Source: Glaucostegus cemiculus
Taxonomy: Eukaryota
Assembly (NCBI GenBank): GCA_976551045.1
Contig: CDPCPM010000060.1
Span: 3,410,001-3,474,000 of the forward strand
Direction: 5' to 3'
DNA: 64,000 nt
Shown: piece by piece, positions 24,411 to 37,185 of the stretch
Position numbering within the stretch: the stretch's first letter is position 1
Layout: each line of letters starts with the position of its first letter
Notes under the pieces: generated by a model
What the model was told of the DNA's origin: nothing
Seen by the model: the letters and a program-made list of their open reading frames with translations, nothing else
The model's database searches: none
Made by a program: the position numbers and the translations under genes

Positions 24411-25079
24411 TATCATATAACAGAAGCTGATGAAAGCCTCTTCAAAGCATTTAACATGGAACACATTAGATTGAAGTGCTGTGGCTGTTGTGGCATAGGT
24501 AAAGGTAAAGGATGTTCTACTTATGGTGATATGAGACTGATACATAGTTTGCTTAATTTTACAATACGTTTTGGCATAACTATGATGATGTTATTATTCT
24601 GTGAAATTTATCTATTATGGCCAAGTATTCCAAATGGTGAAACCATAGCCTGACTATTCTCCAAATCTGAGATGACCAGTTCTCAACTTTGTGAATGATA
24701 AAACTGCATATTATTGAGTCTCAAGAGACATGGATCTATCACACAGAGTTAAGAAACTTCCATTAATAGAGTATTTCACTGACATTGAATAACTTTTCAT
24801 TGTGGTTCCCAATGTACTGCTGAGAAAAATTGCAGTTATTAGAAAATCAAATGAAAAGCAAGAAAGAAATAGAAATAATTCATTGTCTTTAATTTCATAG
24901 CTACTCAAGGTAGTTATAATGCCACATCCTGAAACCGCATTAATCTTCACATAGATTGATGTTTTCATAAGATCCCAAGGTGGTTGGGATAAAGAAGTAT
25001 CTTCAACCCATTTGGTTTCATCTTTCCACACTGGCAGCATTATTGCCATTCCAAGGTTGACTAAGCAAAATGATTGTTA

Positions 25080-25275
25080 TAATTACCATATTCATTTGAT
25101 CAGGAAGCATGGGTCATGGTCTAATGTTTCATCTAAATATACCTCCAGAAGTACAACAGGCTCTTAGTACTGTAAATAACTGACAGCCTGTTATTATCAA
25201 CTGAAATTCCATTGAAGGACTTAAATACAAAATCACCTAACACAGAGATAGAAGTGCAAGGAACTAATAAGATGC
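25080..25275 (-). mobile_element. SacSINE1-like SINE 5' half
   Basis: ggtctaatgtttcatct...cttagtactgt...tgacagcct...ggacttaaatacaaaatcacctaacacagag. Confidence 0.55.
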
Positions 25276-25719
25276 CTACTACAAAAATGTAAGTATTACA
25301 TCATGAAATTTATTAGGAAAGTACATCTTTGAGAAAAAGCAATCATTTAATTCATAAAGTCACAATCCATTAATTATTCCAATTAGAAGCAGCAACTAGG
25401 CAGGAGATGACTAAAGGGTTCTTGTCCTTGAGAAAAACTGTGCTGGGAAGCTCATATAGTTTTTATACATTATGTGATCATTGACCTGCAACCTCCATCC
25501 AGGACTTCTGACTGATCGTACCTTAGGACTGCAATATCAGCCTTACAATGCAACAGAGCCTTGCACCATTAACTGGAGCACTTTTACCTGTTTGACTTGA
25601 GCTGATCAGTTTTGCTCTTTTATAGATACCATTTGAATCACCAGGCTATTTCAGTTAACACTAGTGGTCCAGCAGCTTTGAATTATGGAATTCTGCAGTG
25701 TAGAGAGAAGCTGTTTGAT

Positions 25720-26020
25720 TTTTTACACCTAATCTCCCTGAAAGAGTTGCCCACTTGCTTCTTCTTGTCTGTCTTTTCAGATACAAATCCCCATTTCCTA
25801 GAAAAGCTGTTAAAGTCTGTTTCAGTCACTCCCTCTGCTCATGAATTTCACATCCAAACCAATCCTTTTTATATATTTTCCCCTTGTTTCTCCTTTTAAT
25901 TCGGTTATCTTAAACTTATGCCCCTAGTTACTTACTGATTGAATAGTAGCAATAGCTTTCTCTGATTTATTTAAAATTTAATACCTTATAATTATGAGTA
26001 CTCTATTAGATATTCTTTGT
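25720..26020 (-). mobile_element. Old CR1 3' remnant
   Basis: gaatttcacatccaaacca, ttaaacttatgcccctagtt (reverse of TRGHKFK), cttataattatgagtactctattagat. Confidence 0.6.
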
Positions 26021-26039
26021 TCTCCCAATAAGACAGATA

Positions 26040-26385
26040 AGTATACACAATGAAGAGATCAGTTCATTGGGAAGCCTGCATTCGCTATCAAAGGCCATGG
26101 AAGAGTGTGGTATCAACTTAGCATAGGTTTTGCATAGGTCTACGGGCTCCCCATAGAAGTGGTGGACAATTCTTTTCACGTACTTGTAGACCCAACTATC
26201 ATGTATCACTTGATGGTCCATATCTCAGTTTCCATTGCAGCACAACCAGTAGCCACCCAATGCCTGAAGGCTACTGTGGAAGCTCGAACTGCTGACATCA
26301 CAGTTGAGGAATACAGTTCCCAGAGGTTCTGTTGGATATCACAGCAGTCCTCTAATCTGTCCTTCAGTAGATTACTCCAACTGTG
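26040..26385 (+). mobile_element. Probable Harbinger second (Myb/SANT-partner) ORF remnant, helical region
   Basis: Reads SLHSLSKAMEECGINLA...VVDNSFHVLVDPTIMYHLMVHISVSIAAQPVATQCLKATVEART and converges on the transposase at 27190-27975; assignment from position and recall. Confidence 0.45.
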
Positions 26386-26590
26386 AGCACACTCATACCC
26401 AGCAAAAATGGCAGAAAGAACACTCCACTTCCCACAAGCAACCCACTTCCCTTGTCCTGTCCAAAACCTCCTGCCCTAAATGTGGGAAAGTCTGTGGTTC
26501 CACATTGGCTTTGGCAGCCACTTCAGAACCTACAAAACTGGAGTGGAAGCAGCTAATGCTTATTCCTGAAGGACTGTCCAAGATGAAAAA
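26385..26590 (+). mobile_element. RTE (BovB-like) LINE 3' end
   Basis: TSCPKCGKVCGS followed by frameshifted HIGFGSHFRT (C-terminal CxxC..H knuckle) and tail ggagtggaagca...gaaggactgtccaagatgaa. Confidence 0.75.
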
Positions 26591-27189
26591 GGTTACCCAG
26601 ACTACTGAGCGTGTATCTCAGGGAAGTAGCAGTGGTTCCACGAAGCACAAACTTGATGGCCTCTCTCAGATCTGCCATTCTGCCAGTGCCCTTGCTGTTG
26701 CTTGTCAGGCAATCAGCCTGTGTCTGCTGCCATCCATGCTGAGGTTGTGCAGTCTGCAATCGTACCTTCTTGACCCAGGGTAGCTCAAGGTTGTTCTACA
26801 AGAGAAACTGTAGCAGACTCTACTGAAAACAGTGGTAGCATTGTGTAGAAATATGGGTTTAGGCAATAGCAAATGGAAGACAGCCAGTAAGGGATTGCAC
26901 ATGGCTGACTGTTGGCTTTTAAGTATGATGCTGCATGATTTAATCAATAATTTTGACTTGGAATATCTAGTTTATTGTGCTTTTTATTTAGTGGACAAGT
27001 GGATGTTGTGATACTTAATGACAGAGCAAAATAATATGATGGACTGCTGCTGAATGGGGAATTAGGATTGTTGCTACTGGTATCTCACATGGATTACTTT
27101 CTTACCACAGCCTGAGGAGAAAGAGACTCTGTTGGTTGTTTTCTCCCTTTGTGCTCCTCCTCAAGATATAGTTCCAGCATAGGTGCTGG

Positions 27190-27975
27190 AAAAGGCTATC
27201 CCTTTATCATGGTAAGATCATCTATGATTGACGAGGCCACCGTGAAGTTTGGACGTACCTTCTCCTGAGGACTGCAGGGCTCCTCCAGAGCATTGTTTAA
27301 GCATAACAATGATCTGCTGTATCAAGACTTGTTCAGCAGCATGAAATAGCGAAAAGATATGTGGATTACATACAAGAGTCATGCCATGTTGTTAGTAGAT
27401 TGTCCTTGTCACTCATTAATCATTCTTCGGTTTACTCCAGGATCAGTCTGTAGCTGGCACCACAATCATTGCAGGACAAATTCATCATGCCTGCTCTCAG
27501 GATACCTGCATAATTTACTGTCTGCAGTCACACACAACATAGACATTGAGGGAGGGGAATCCCTGTTGGTTCCAGCATAGAGCAGATTAGACATTTGGCA
27601 CTTGCAAATGATCTGCATGTCATCAAAACCACAGCCTGCACCACAGAGAAAGCCTGCAATCCTAGTAACAACGTGTGCTGGCTCTTTCTGCTATTCTAAA
27701 AGAGCATGTGATATAGTTAGCCCTTTTTGAACTGGGAACTTATGTAATCTCCCATAAACAACAGTGAATGTCATCTTGCTCCTTCCTGAAGGAGTCAGAA
27801 GCATTAAATTGCTTGGAGCTTGAAGGCATCCTATGCATTGCTCTTCAGTAAGATTCCAGTAGGATGAATTTTCAGTAGTTTGAATATCCTGAAAGTTCTC
27901 TTTCTCTGCTTCTCCTTCCTCCTGCAGCCTTGTTCTCTCAATCCAAGGGAAATGCCTACAAAATGCACCCATGTC
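27190..27975 (-). pseudogene. PIF/Harbinger DDE transposase fossil
   Basis: Collinear broken motifs on minus strand: MGA...SYWNLTEEQCI, AERA..RIAGF, GFPSLNVYVVCD, RYPESRHDEFVL, LMSDKDNLLTTW, HAAEQVLIQQIIVMLKQ, SGGALQ (cf. NRKGFHSLNVQLVCD, ARYPGSxHD, WLLGDxGY, HxxTRxxIExxxGxLK). Confidence 0.82.
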
Positions 27976-30939
27976 TAGGAGCAACTGGTTTGTAGAGAAG
28001 CTTTGAAGTGAACAGAACACCCTTCAGCATCTGCCACTCCACTCTCTGTGAGCTATATAACAAAGCAGCTTTAGAAACCAGCAGCCACTGTAATTGTAGC
28101 CATAGTCAGAAGAATATAGCCTGCAACCAACCTGGATTCAGCAGAAGATCCCTTTAAACTAAACCCTTTCAGGGTTTCTCCTGCCGCAAAATATAGGTTC
28201 AAAGTTAAGGGGACATTAACTGGAATGATGAAATCCAAAATGTCGCATTAAGAATCCCAATTTCTAACTGACCCTCTTTATGTTTACTCTATAAAGAACA
28301 CAATTCTGAGATTAAGTTTGTAAATCTAATGTCCAATGGGATGATTGGATTGTTATACACCTGCTGGTGGTTTATAATGCTTTAGGATATGTAGCAAATG
28401 GAACTTGGAGTTACTCAATCTTGCATAGTAAAACCTATGGGTTAGATGAGGAACGATCAGCTTGGAACATGAAAAGACTTAAGTAGGTCAGAACAACAGG
28501 CTCTGTGGAGAGGTTTGTTAAATATTCTGTTGTTCTGTTTGATTATCCTTAGCAATCAAGAAGTGCTTTATGTAACACTTCCTCTTGGAGAATTATATTG
28601 ATGGTGTACATTTTAGAGTAGATTATACGTGATCTGTGAAAGGTGGTGTTGGTGACACCAGTTGCTTTTCTCTTCCCATGCTTTCTTATGTACTTGAGGC
28701 ATTTTTTTTACCCATTTAATTCCATTACTCTGAAGGAGATAGTTTGGCTGTTATGCCTTAACATGTGGCAGATGATACACGTGCTGAATGCAAAAGAATC
28801 TGAGCCTTAAATATGAAAAAAACCAGTTTAAGGTCTGGCCTTTTTGAAGAATGAAAAGCGTATCAATTGGCCACTGAACCATGCTCTGGAAACTTGACTG
28901 TTTCCTAGTGAAGTCTAATTCGTGAATCATTTCATCTTTCTTGAATGGAGCCTGATTATTTGGCTGTTTGCAGGCTTCTTTCCTTTTCAGGTTGCACAAA
29001 AAAGGAAGGATGTTAATCTGAACAGTGTTAAAAAATAGCCCTGGCTGTCCATTGTACTTGCTGCTTCTCTAAGCATGCCTAATAGGTGCTATGTGGATTC
29101 AAACAATGAAAATAAACAGCATTGTTAGTGCTTGGAGGTTCTGCAGAGATGTAACCATGGATATCGTGAAGCGAGAAAAAGAGTCTGTGTTGCATTAGTC
29201 AAAATGAAATTTTTATCAGGCAAACTTCATGGGTTCGAACTGTAGGTCTGCCACCTTTTCAAAATGCTTTTTATTTGCACAGTGGAGCAGAAATATAGTT
29301 TGCTTTTACCACATGTTGATCCATAGATGCACACATATATGCATGTAGGCCCTTGAATCTTCTCATCATTGGGAAGCTGATTTCCTTACTCACAGATCTT
29401 TCCCTGCTTTTTAACCATGAGTATCTGCTGTCAGCCACTCCACATGTTTGACTCACAACTTAAAAAGAGAACGTTTTTACCTTAATTGACTACTCTTTCC
29501 TCAGATTACACAGTTTGCTGAATTTACAGCCTAAATTGCATACTGTCCCATCTTGTACCATGTTCTACATGCTTGTTGTGATAAGTATCCATTAACTTTC
29601 CACCAAAAATACATCAAGTTTAAACATACGTGTTTAGTAGAACAATTTCCTCTTTTGGGCAACATAATGCCTCGTATTGAAAGCACTGATTGCTATGATG
29701 TCTTTGAGCACTGTCTGGAAGTGAGTTGTGAGTTTACAAGTAATAAAATATATTTGACAGTGAAATGCTCTGACACAAGCTTTCTGTCAGCTTAAATTGA
29801 AAACAATTAACATGAATTATTTGGGAATAGTGATGACTTAGACAGTAATATTTGGATAAAACTATAACTCTTATGAAGGTTTTGTTACGTTATGATTTCA
29901 TCAGAACTGGTGTTTGCTGGTGACCATTCTTGGAAAAAATAAATTGGTGTGATGTGACCTGCCACTGCAGATCCCCACACTTAGAAGGAAAAAGTTTGCA
30001 TTTATATAGCAGTTTGTCACCAGACAATTCACAATTATGAACTTCTGAAGTATCATCATTATTGTTATATAAGTAAACACTGAATCCATACAAAGTCATT
30101 TTTGGTTAATGGAAAGATACCAAAACATTGAATGTGACAAATAAACTACATTTTTTTGGTTTGGCATATTTAAACTTGTTATTAAATTCCTGTAACCATA
30201 GGCTTTTGCAAAGAAACTAGAACAACACCCTTCACGCAACAATCATTTCGGAATGCTTGATTAAAGTAGCAAGACATAAAAGTGTTTTGACCCTCTTTAT
30301 CTTGTGAGTATGATCTGTGGTCTTATCCAACAATTTATTGGAATTAATTTGCTGACCATTTCTACCCAACAAAATATGATATTACTGGCCTTTTTAATGC
30401 TAATAGTGCTATGGTTTGAATTTGCCTAGGGGCAGATGAATGTTGCTCAAACACAAATATGCCACAAACAGTAGCAGGGGCAAGAGGTGAACTCTAACCT
30501 TCCACACTATGTGCATACATGACCTTCAAAAGATAGTAAATTGCCATATGCTATATTGAATAGGGAAGTGTCACCCAATTAGTGACAGATGCCAGTAGAG
30601 CACATGTTTTATATCAATGTGGCTGGGGAATTAGTTGCTGCAGAAGTCGTAGAGCCAGTGTGGTGCTCACAATGTGCTGACTTGTGCTCGCTGTGTGGTG
30701 TGTTGCACTACTATGTTTTTGTAACTGTGTGTGGATAATTTGGATATTAATCACATCAGTTTAAGTATTAAACTGCTATGTATTACTAAGAGTATCCCAA
30801 AGCAAGGTGATGCTAATGGAAGACAAAATGAATATATTTCATGGGTCTCAAATTTATTCCATCAGTTGATGTCTGATTCTTCCTTAAGTAGGTGTGCGAT
30901 ACAAAGAGATGGGTAAAGTGTTCTTCTGCCTCCATTTGG

Positions 30940-31490
30940 CCTTGTTCCTGACAGTGCTTGCTTCTGTCTCCTTAACATTACCTTTTATGCTCTGATCTTT
31001 TGCTGACTGCTGCAAAAGCCTACATTATTGCTTTAGGCCTGGCTTCTCCTTGGTTCATTCAGCTGGTCTCCATGTTTACACCTCTTTTGGAATGGACAAA
31101 CTGAGTCCTGACCCACATCATCCAGTACTCTATCACCCTTAACCTCTTTAAGTTCCACTAACTCCTCCTTTCTTAAGTGGGTCAACTTTAAAAAGTGTTA
31201 TACATTCAAAGTCCCCCTTAACTTTGTTCCCATCCTTATGACAAGGTGTGCCTTCTTCATTCCTGATTTCCTTTTGTCTTGCTCTGGTCCAGAAATAACC
31301 AAGTAACTATACTTAGGTTTTTGGAAGTTCCTGCTAAGACCCCTACACCTTGCTTCTCTTCATTTATACTTTCAGAAACCTCCTGTTTAATTGTGTCTTT
31401 GGCCTGCTTAATATGCATGTGCTACCCTTTTGCTTTTCTCTTTGGCTTTTGCTGTTCTTCCCATCTCATGTTAAAGCACTTTTACACACA
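30940..31490 (+). mobile_element. L2-like LINE 3' remnant
   Basis: Pyrimidine-rich; ctatcacccttaacc, ttctcttcatttatactttcagaaacctcctg, ending atgttaaagcactttt. Confidence 0.4.
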
Positions 31491-34127
31491 TCCTTCACAA
31501 TGCAAATGCAACTACTTGGTCTGGGATTTAAAGTTGGTGGCTAGCCAATAGCTCTTGCTACTGATCTTGAAGAAAGTTGTTTATGGTGATCAAGCAGTCT
31601 CTGTTGCACAAGCTTCTCTCTTCCTGATAACAGTAATTGTGGGACATCAGTTCATGGGAAACTCTGGTGTAAGGCAACAGTCTTATCATCAAGCCAAGTG
31701 AATGGCCATTCACATTGAAGTACTCTCATAGACAGCAAACCAGTATAATTTTAGCCAATATTTTCAGCTTTTTACAAAGAATATAATAAAAATTCAAAGT
31801 ATACATGTTCAGGTAATAAATGGTATATCACAAGTAAACATCTAAAAATGCTTTGTTATTATAGTCTGTTGTACTCAGAGACTGCTTATCCTCATACTTA
31901 ATATTTGTTTATTAAGGCCAGAATTTTTGAAGTAGTACTTATAGCTCAGTACAATATTTAAACAAAGTTTTCAGAATATTTTAGTTCCTGCATAAATAAC
32001 TGATTTTTTTCCCCAGTTCATTACAGGGGAGCAGATTGCAGATCATTGTGGACTGTGTAGCAGTGGTGAATCACTGACAGCAACTTTGGGATTTTTGTAT
32101 TTAACTACAAATCCTCTGAAATCAAACAAATGACTACAAAAACTGAATTTCGCCATCAGTACAGCTACAAAACTTGGACTTAATTTTTACTGTGCAGGTC
32201 TAAAATTGTTCTACATAGGAGCCTCTTAAAATGGTCATTGATTTTGATGCAGAATCTGCATTCAGTCACTGCGATTAAAACCTACATGGATCTTAGCCAG
32301 CAGTCCAGCAGCATTGTTTTTCTAAGTAATACAGACCATAAAAATCTTGATTTTTGTTTTAAGCAGGTCCCCCTTCCTTGACTAGGCTGTCGCATATTGT
32401 TATACAGTTACGAAGATAATGGTAACTTTTGATACCCAGTACAGTGGTTATCAACTTCTTCAGGACTGAGAATAGACAGGCAATGGGGAAATCAGAGAAA
32501 AGTCTGATCGAATTCTTACCAAATATTCATTTATATTTCATTTTCCAGCTGGAAGTCTCTGATAGTGATTAGGAGTCAGAATTTTTCTCTGGTTTTGAGC
32601 TCAACTTTAGTCTCCCTTATTTCTGCCCTGGCTGAGATTGATAAGATCAACACATAAAGAGTGTTTGTGCAGTTCCATATCACATTAACTGTGTAATTAT
32701 CAACTGGAGAAAAAGGGCTAATTTTCAAAAATGATTTCCTTTCAAAGGTACTTGGAATAAGTATTTTGGATACTGTTGAAAATGCTGCCAGTTTAAATAA
32801 TTGTCATGATATTGATTTTTAAACAGGAGCTTTGCCAAAGAGAAGACCTTCTTTATGCAATTATTGAGAGCAATGATTAACAGCAAATAGAATTCCATCA
32901 GACGAGCTCTCTTTACCCCTTATATTTTATTTCCTGGAATTTTCTTCATAAGGGAAACATATTATCTATTGCGTTGGCTACCGCATACAGTTGACAAAGT
33001 TCATTTTCAATTTATCTTTATTGGAAAATGTCACAAAGACATCCCTTCATCAAAAAAGGGACATTTTATTTTAATATGGCATAAAAATCCTATTACAGTG
33101 TGCATAATCAATGAGAAATGTGATGAAAAGGGGCTTTGCGTCACTATGTGGCTCTGATAATTTCAGCGTATGATTTACTCTATAGAGTCAATGTTAAATA
33201 CTTTTTTCCAGGACATTGGCATTGGTTCAGTTTTTCATTAAAATCAGACCTTTTATTGTTTGTTTAAAAGACATGAAAGAGCTACATATTAATGTCACAT
33301 GTCATATGGAGGCAGTTACCATAATATACACTTAAGCAACTAGTTTTAGTTTTCATCATTTTAATATGTCTATTAACCTTACTGACATTCAGCTCAAAAG
33401 ACCATATTTATCAGATAATTTTCCATCACTCTGTCCAACCCAAAAATCCTTTGGAACGGTTTGCTAGACTTAACTCCACTGCAGGAATCCCACAGCATTT
33501 CTTTCACTTGCTTTATATGATGCATCCTGAATTTGGATGTCTGAGATTAACAGACTCCATGAATGGCAAACACATCAGTGCTTAGGCTGAGAAGACAGGC
33601 AAATAAAAAGCAAAAACTTCAAATGCTTTCGATCTAAAATAACAGCATAGATTGTTATGTAAAGGAGGCTAGTCAGCATCTGTAGATTCAATAAATTAAT
33701 TTTTCATGTGTGGCTCTTCACCAGTACTGAGAATAATACTCACTTGTTGCTTGCTGTACATATACTGTATATGTACAGATATGCATGTGGTTAAGTGCAT
33801 GCACTCACACTCAAATGCAAACACATACATGCAGACATGCATAAAAGCGTAAACACACACAGGTATACACGCAAACAGAGTAATTACAAATTCCTGCTAC
33901 TCTTTAAGCATGGGCAAATGCAAGATTTATTCTCAGAAGTGACTGTGAGCAATTACTCAATGCTGAGTAACTGCTGGCTCCCATCAATCAATGCTGAGTT
34001 ATTTGTTCCCTTTTGAGGTGGTTTTTTTGTATCAGTGTCTTAGAGCAGAGAGGTGAAAAATCTGCTGAGGTTCTTCAATACTACTTTCTATTCAAAGACT
34101 CCAGCTGGAAAGTGTACATGTTTAAAT

Positions 34128-34198
34128 TGGCATTGTGGTCAACACAGACATAAAGGGCCAAAGAGCCTGTTCCTGTGCTGTACTGTTTTATGTTCTTA
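34128..34198 (+). mobile_element. CR1 3' tail fragment
   Basis: tggcattgtggtcaacacagacataaagggccaaagagcctgttcctgtgctgtactgttttatgttct. Confidence 0.8.
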
Positions 34199-34769
34199 AG
34201 ACATAGACACAGTAATGGGTGATATTTAATGTTTTACCTGCATTACATCCCACAGTTGATTAGCTTGCTGACATAATTGTGAAATTTCACACAAAAAAAA
34301 ATCACACAGACAAGTTCTTTGGAAACCTTGTCTCTCCGAGGTTCTGTGTTTTCAGAAGGGCAGGGAAAATTGGAGAGAAGTATCAAAAACTAAAGGAACA
34401 TAGATTACCATCATTTATGATAGATGACAAGATTCTAAAGGAAATACAATCCTGGGTCCAATTATGTGTTTGTGCGCATGAGCATCTATCATGAGAAAAG
34501 GAATAAATCAGACAGTCATGAACTTTTATTTGATTAAGAATGCTAGGTGAAGGACAAGGCTAGAACACCCGGATGAGATAAAATAGATACTAACCATGAG
34601 AACAGTACTTATATAGTACAGCTCCAGTATGGAAATGTCTCTGGGATGGGGGTGGAGGGGGTGATAATGTAAAGGATAAAGGTGGAGGGGATGATAAACT
34701 GATAAAGTAAAGGATAATGAATCAAGAAGTGAGAAATAACAGAAAGCTTATTGCAAAGATGAGTATGAA

Positions 34770-35180
34770 CAAGTGTTTGAAAAGTGGAGCCAAGTAATCA
34801 AAGGATTTAAGAGGGTAAAAGTCTTAGTTATCTGAATGCTATGAGCTGATGTTGGCACCAGAAGAGGGTGGGATGCACAGAACATTAGAGTTACAAATTC
34901 AGGAGTCTGAGTGGTCAAGGAGGTTGTGGTAGTAAGCAATGAGACTGATGAAGGTTGTCGACATAGCAAAGGTGAGGTTATAGAAGATTTGGAGAACAAA
35001 GCTGAGGAGTGCAAACTCAAAATTCCTAATTTTAACCTTCCACTCCACAACACCCCCACTATGCCATTATTTGAATGGTCTTTAAGTATTTGAAATCACT
35101 TGTAGCAGCCCATTGATGATTTTATGATGGAGCAAAGGAGATTAGTTCAGTAAAGGATACAGGCAATAATGCTTCAGACA
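34770..35180 (-). mobile_element. L2-like LINE remnant
   Basis: Purine-rich on plus strand; gagggtgggatgcacaga..ttagag, ggtgaggttatagaagatttggagaacaa, gggagattagttcagtaaaggatacaggca. Confidence 0.5.
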
Positions 35181-35189
35181 GGTTGGAAC

Positions 35190-35420
35190 TCTCACTAAAT
35201 TCATTGCTTATTTCAGTGTTTATTGTGGGCTTTGTGCTGTTCAACATGATTGCTACATTTTAAAACATTGCAGGAGTAATTGTATTTCAAGAGGAATTCT
35301 TTGTCCATGAACTATTGTCGGATACTATGGCCTGAATTGTGCTGTGGTTTTTCTATGTTTCTATGTTTCTATATTGTGACTGCTTAATGAACACTGCATC
35401 AATTTAAGTTCTTTTCTTTG
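35190..35420 (+). mobile_element. SacSINE1-like 3' half containing a 45-nt CR1 tail (35328-35372)
   Basis: tgtgggctttgtgctgttcaacatgattgctacattt; insert tggcctgaattgtgctgtggtttttctatgtttctatgtttctat. Confidence 0.55.
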
Positions 35421-36989
35421 CAATGGTGGGTGGAGACTTGGCCAGCAAGGAGGATGTTGGGCAAGACTAAAGGAGAACATTAACATGGGGAAGAAAGAAT
35501 ATACAGATCATTAGAAGGACAAATAAAGTAAAACCAATTGATAGAAGCCTGTCTTAGATTTTTCAAAACCTGTAGCTGCTATAAGGAAAGGAAGATTTAT
35601 TAATATAAAGAGTTTCACAGTTCTACAATCCCATGAAATAATTAACTGAAGTAGGCCATAGGATGATTTTTTTTATTTGAATAGTGAGATGCAGTTAGGA
35701 GGAAGTGGAGCTAACACTTGAATTGTTTCAGATTATTACCAACCTTGGGGAATTAATAAAGGAGAACAACAAAAAGAGTTTCAGTAACTTGAGAAGCTGG
35801 AAGTTAGAACCAAGAGAAGAATTAGACAAAGAATGTAAAAAGTATTTTATGTCCTACGCATGTAGTAACACAAGAGGTGCTCAGATAACTTCTCCAGATG
35901 TAGCACAGTATTTCTGTAATACATTGCGATGTTGCAGAAATAAATCAAACAAAATTAGTTATTTCACAACTGTCATTATTCCTGCAAGGCTGTTTTTCAT
36001 ATGTGGACTTGAACATTAGAGCCATGGACTAAAAGTTGATCGGGAAATTAGTAGTGCTTTAATTAGCACTGTACTGCTTTTGCATTCAATACTTTCCAGA
36101 TTCACAATTTGTGTTGCAAAGGGAAGTCAGTCACTGTAAGTAGCTATCCTCGCTTTAGTTATCTTTAGAGAATTAATAAAAATTTGAAAAATCTTGGAGT
36201 TTTACTTCTCCACAGTAGAGAGGGTAGTAGGAGGAGTCAGTCTGCTAAATCTCCACCACTAAGGAACTAAAGCCTCAGAGAGTTTATGACCACTTAAAAT
36301 AATTTTAGCAAATAAGTAGCAGGACATAAGTTTGTTCTTTTAGATTCCAGGCATGCACATTAATGCTAATGAGGCCTTTTTTCAGTCTACATTAGAGAAT
36401 GAATGCAGCAGCACCTGCCCCTCATGGGGAGGAGAGGGGGAGGGGAAAGGAAGAGCCATTGACTGCCAGTTGTAAAACATCCCTCGAAGCAGCAGCTTCC
36501 CTTTTCATTCAGTAGCTTTTTGCAAATGCTACCAGGAAGTGAAAGTCTTCCTCAGTGACAAATAGAATCATATTGACTGTGATGTAAGTTTTATTGAAGT
36601 GAATTCTTGATGCGATCAAATCTTTACTTGTGCCCTGCCTGGTCTCGATATTCAGTCTAGGATAGGGAATGAAAGCAATAAAACTTACTCCACATCGGTT
36701 TCTGTCTGAGTAAATTTCTACTTCCTGACAGCGGAGGGGTTGGGGGGAGGTGGGTGGCAGCTTCACCCTAAGCAAGGCAAGTGCTAGTAGGTTTAAAAAC
36801 AGTAAACTGAGGTGAACACTCAGTAATATTTCCAGCACACTCTTCCCCTGCTGGAGAAATATGGATAGCTTTGCAAGGGATTGGCCATTTATCTGAAGAA
36901 TCAAATCCATGACTCTTCTTCTTTAAGGAGCTTCCCATTTCCTATCACATACTTTTCATACTTTTAAAGGTCCTCCCTTTGGTTGAGAA

Positions 36990-37185
36990 TGAAGGGATTT
37001 GGGCATCAGGTGAGGACAGGTTAATCTGTGGTGTTACCACACAAGGCTGAATTTGCCAGTGGCACTCATTATCACTTCTCAGATAGGTGAATGCTCCTTT
37101 AGGTGAGATATTGAAAAGAAGCTGTCACCTGTGGGACTGCCCCCTTGAATGAATCAGCACATTCAGGGGAGGAGAGAGAGCTGGG
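36990..37185 (+). mobile_element. Old interspersed SINE-like repeat, 3' half (family also at ~43120-43440, 44850-45300, 57110-57225)
   Basis: gggcatcaggtgaggacagg...ggtgagatattg...cacctgtgggactg...aatcagcacattcaggggaggag. Confidence 0.55.

Noticed and set aside
26304-26783. 159-aa ORF with CPKCGKVC, resembling a zinc-finger gene
   Set aside because: The motif is the RTE LINE C-terminal knuckle, and the ORF is a chimera of TE fragments
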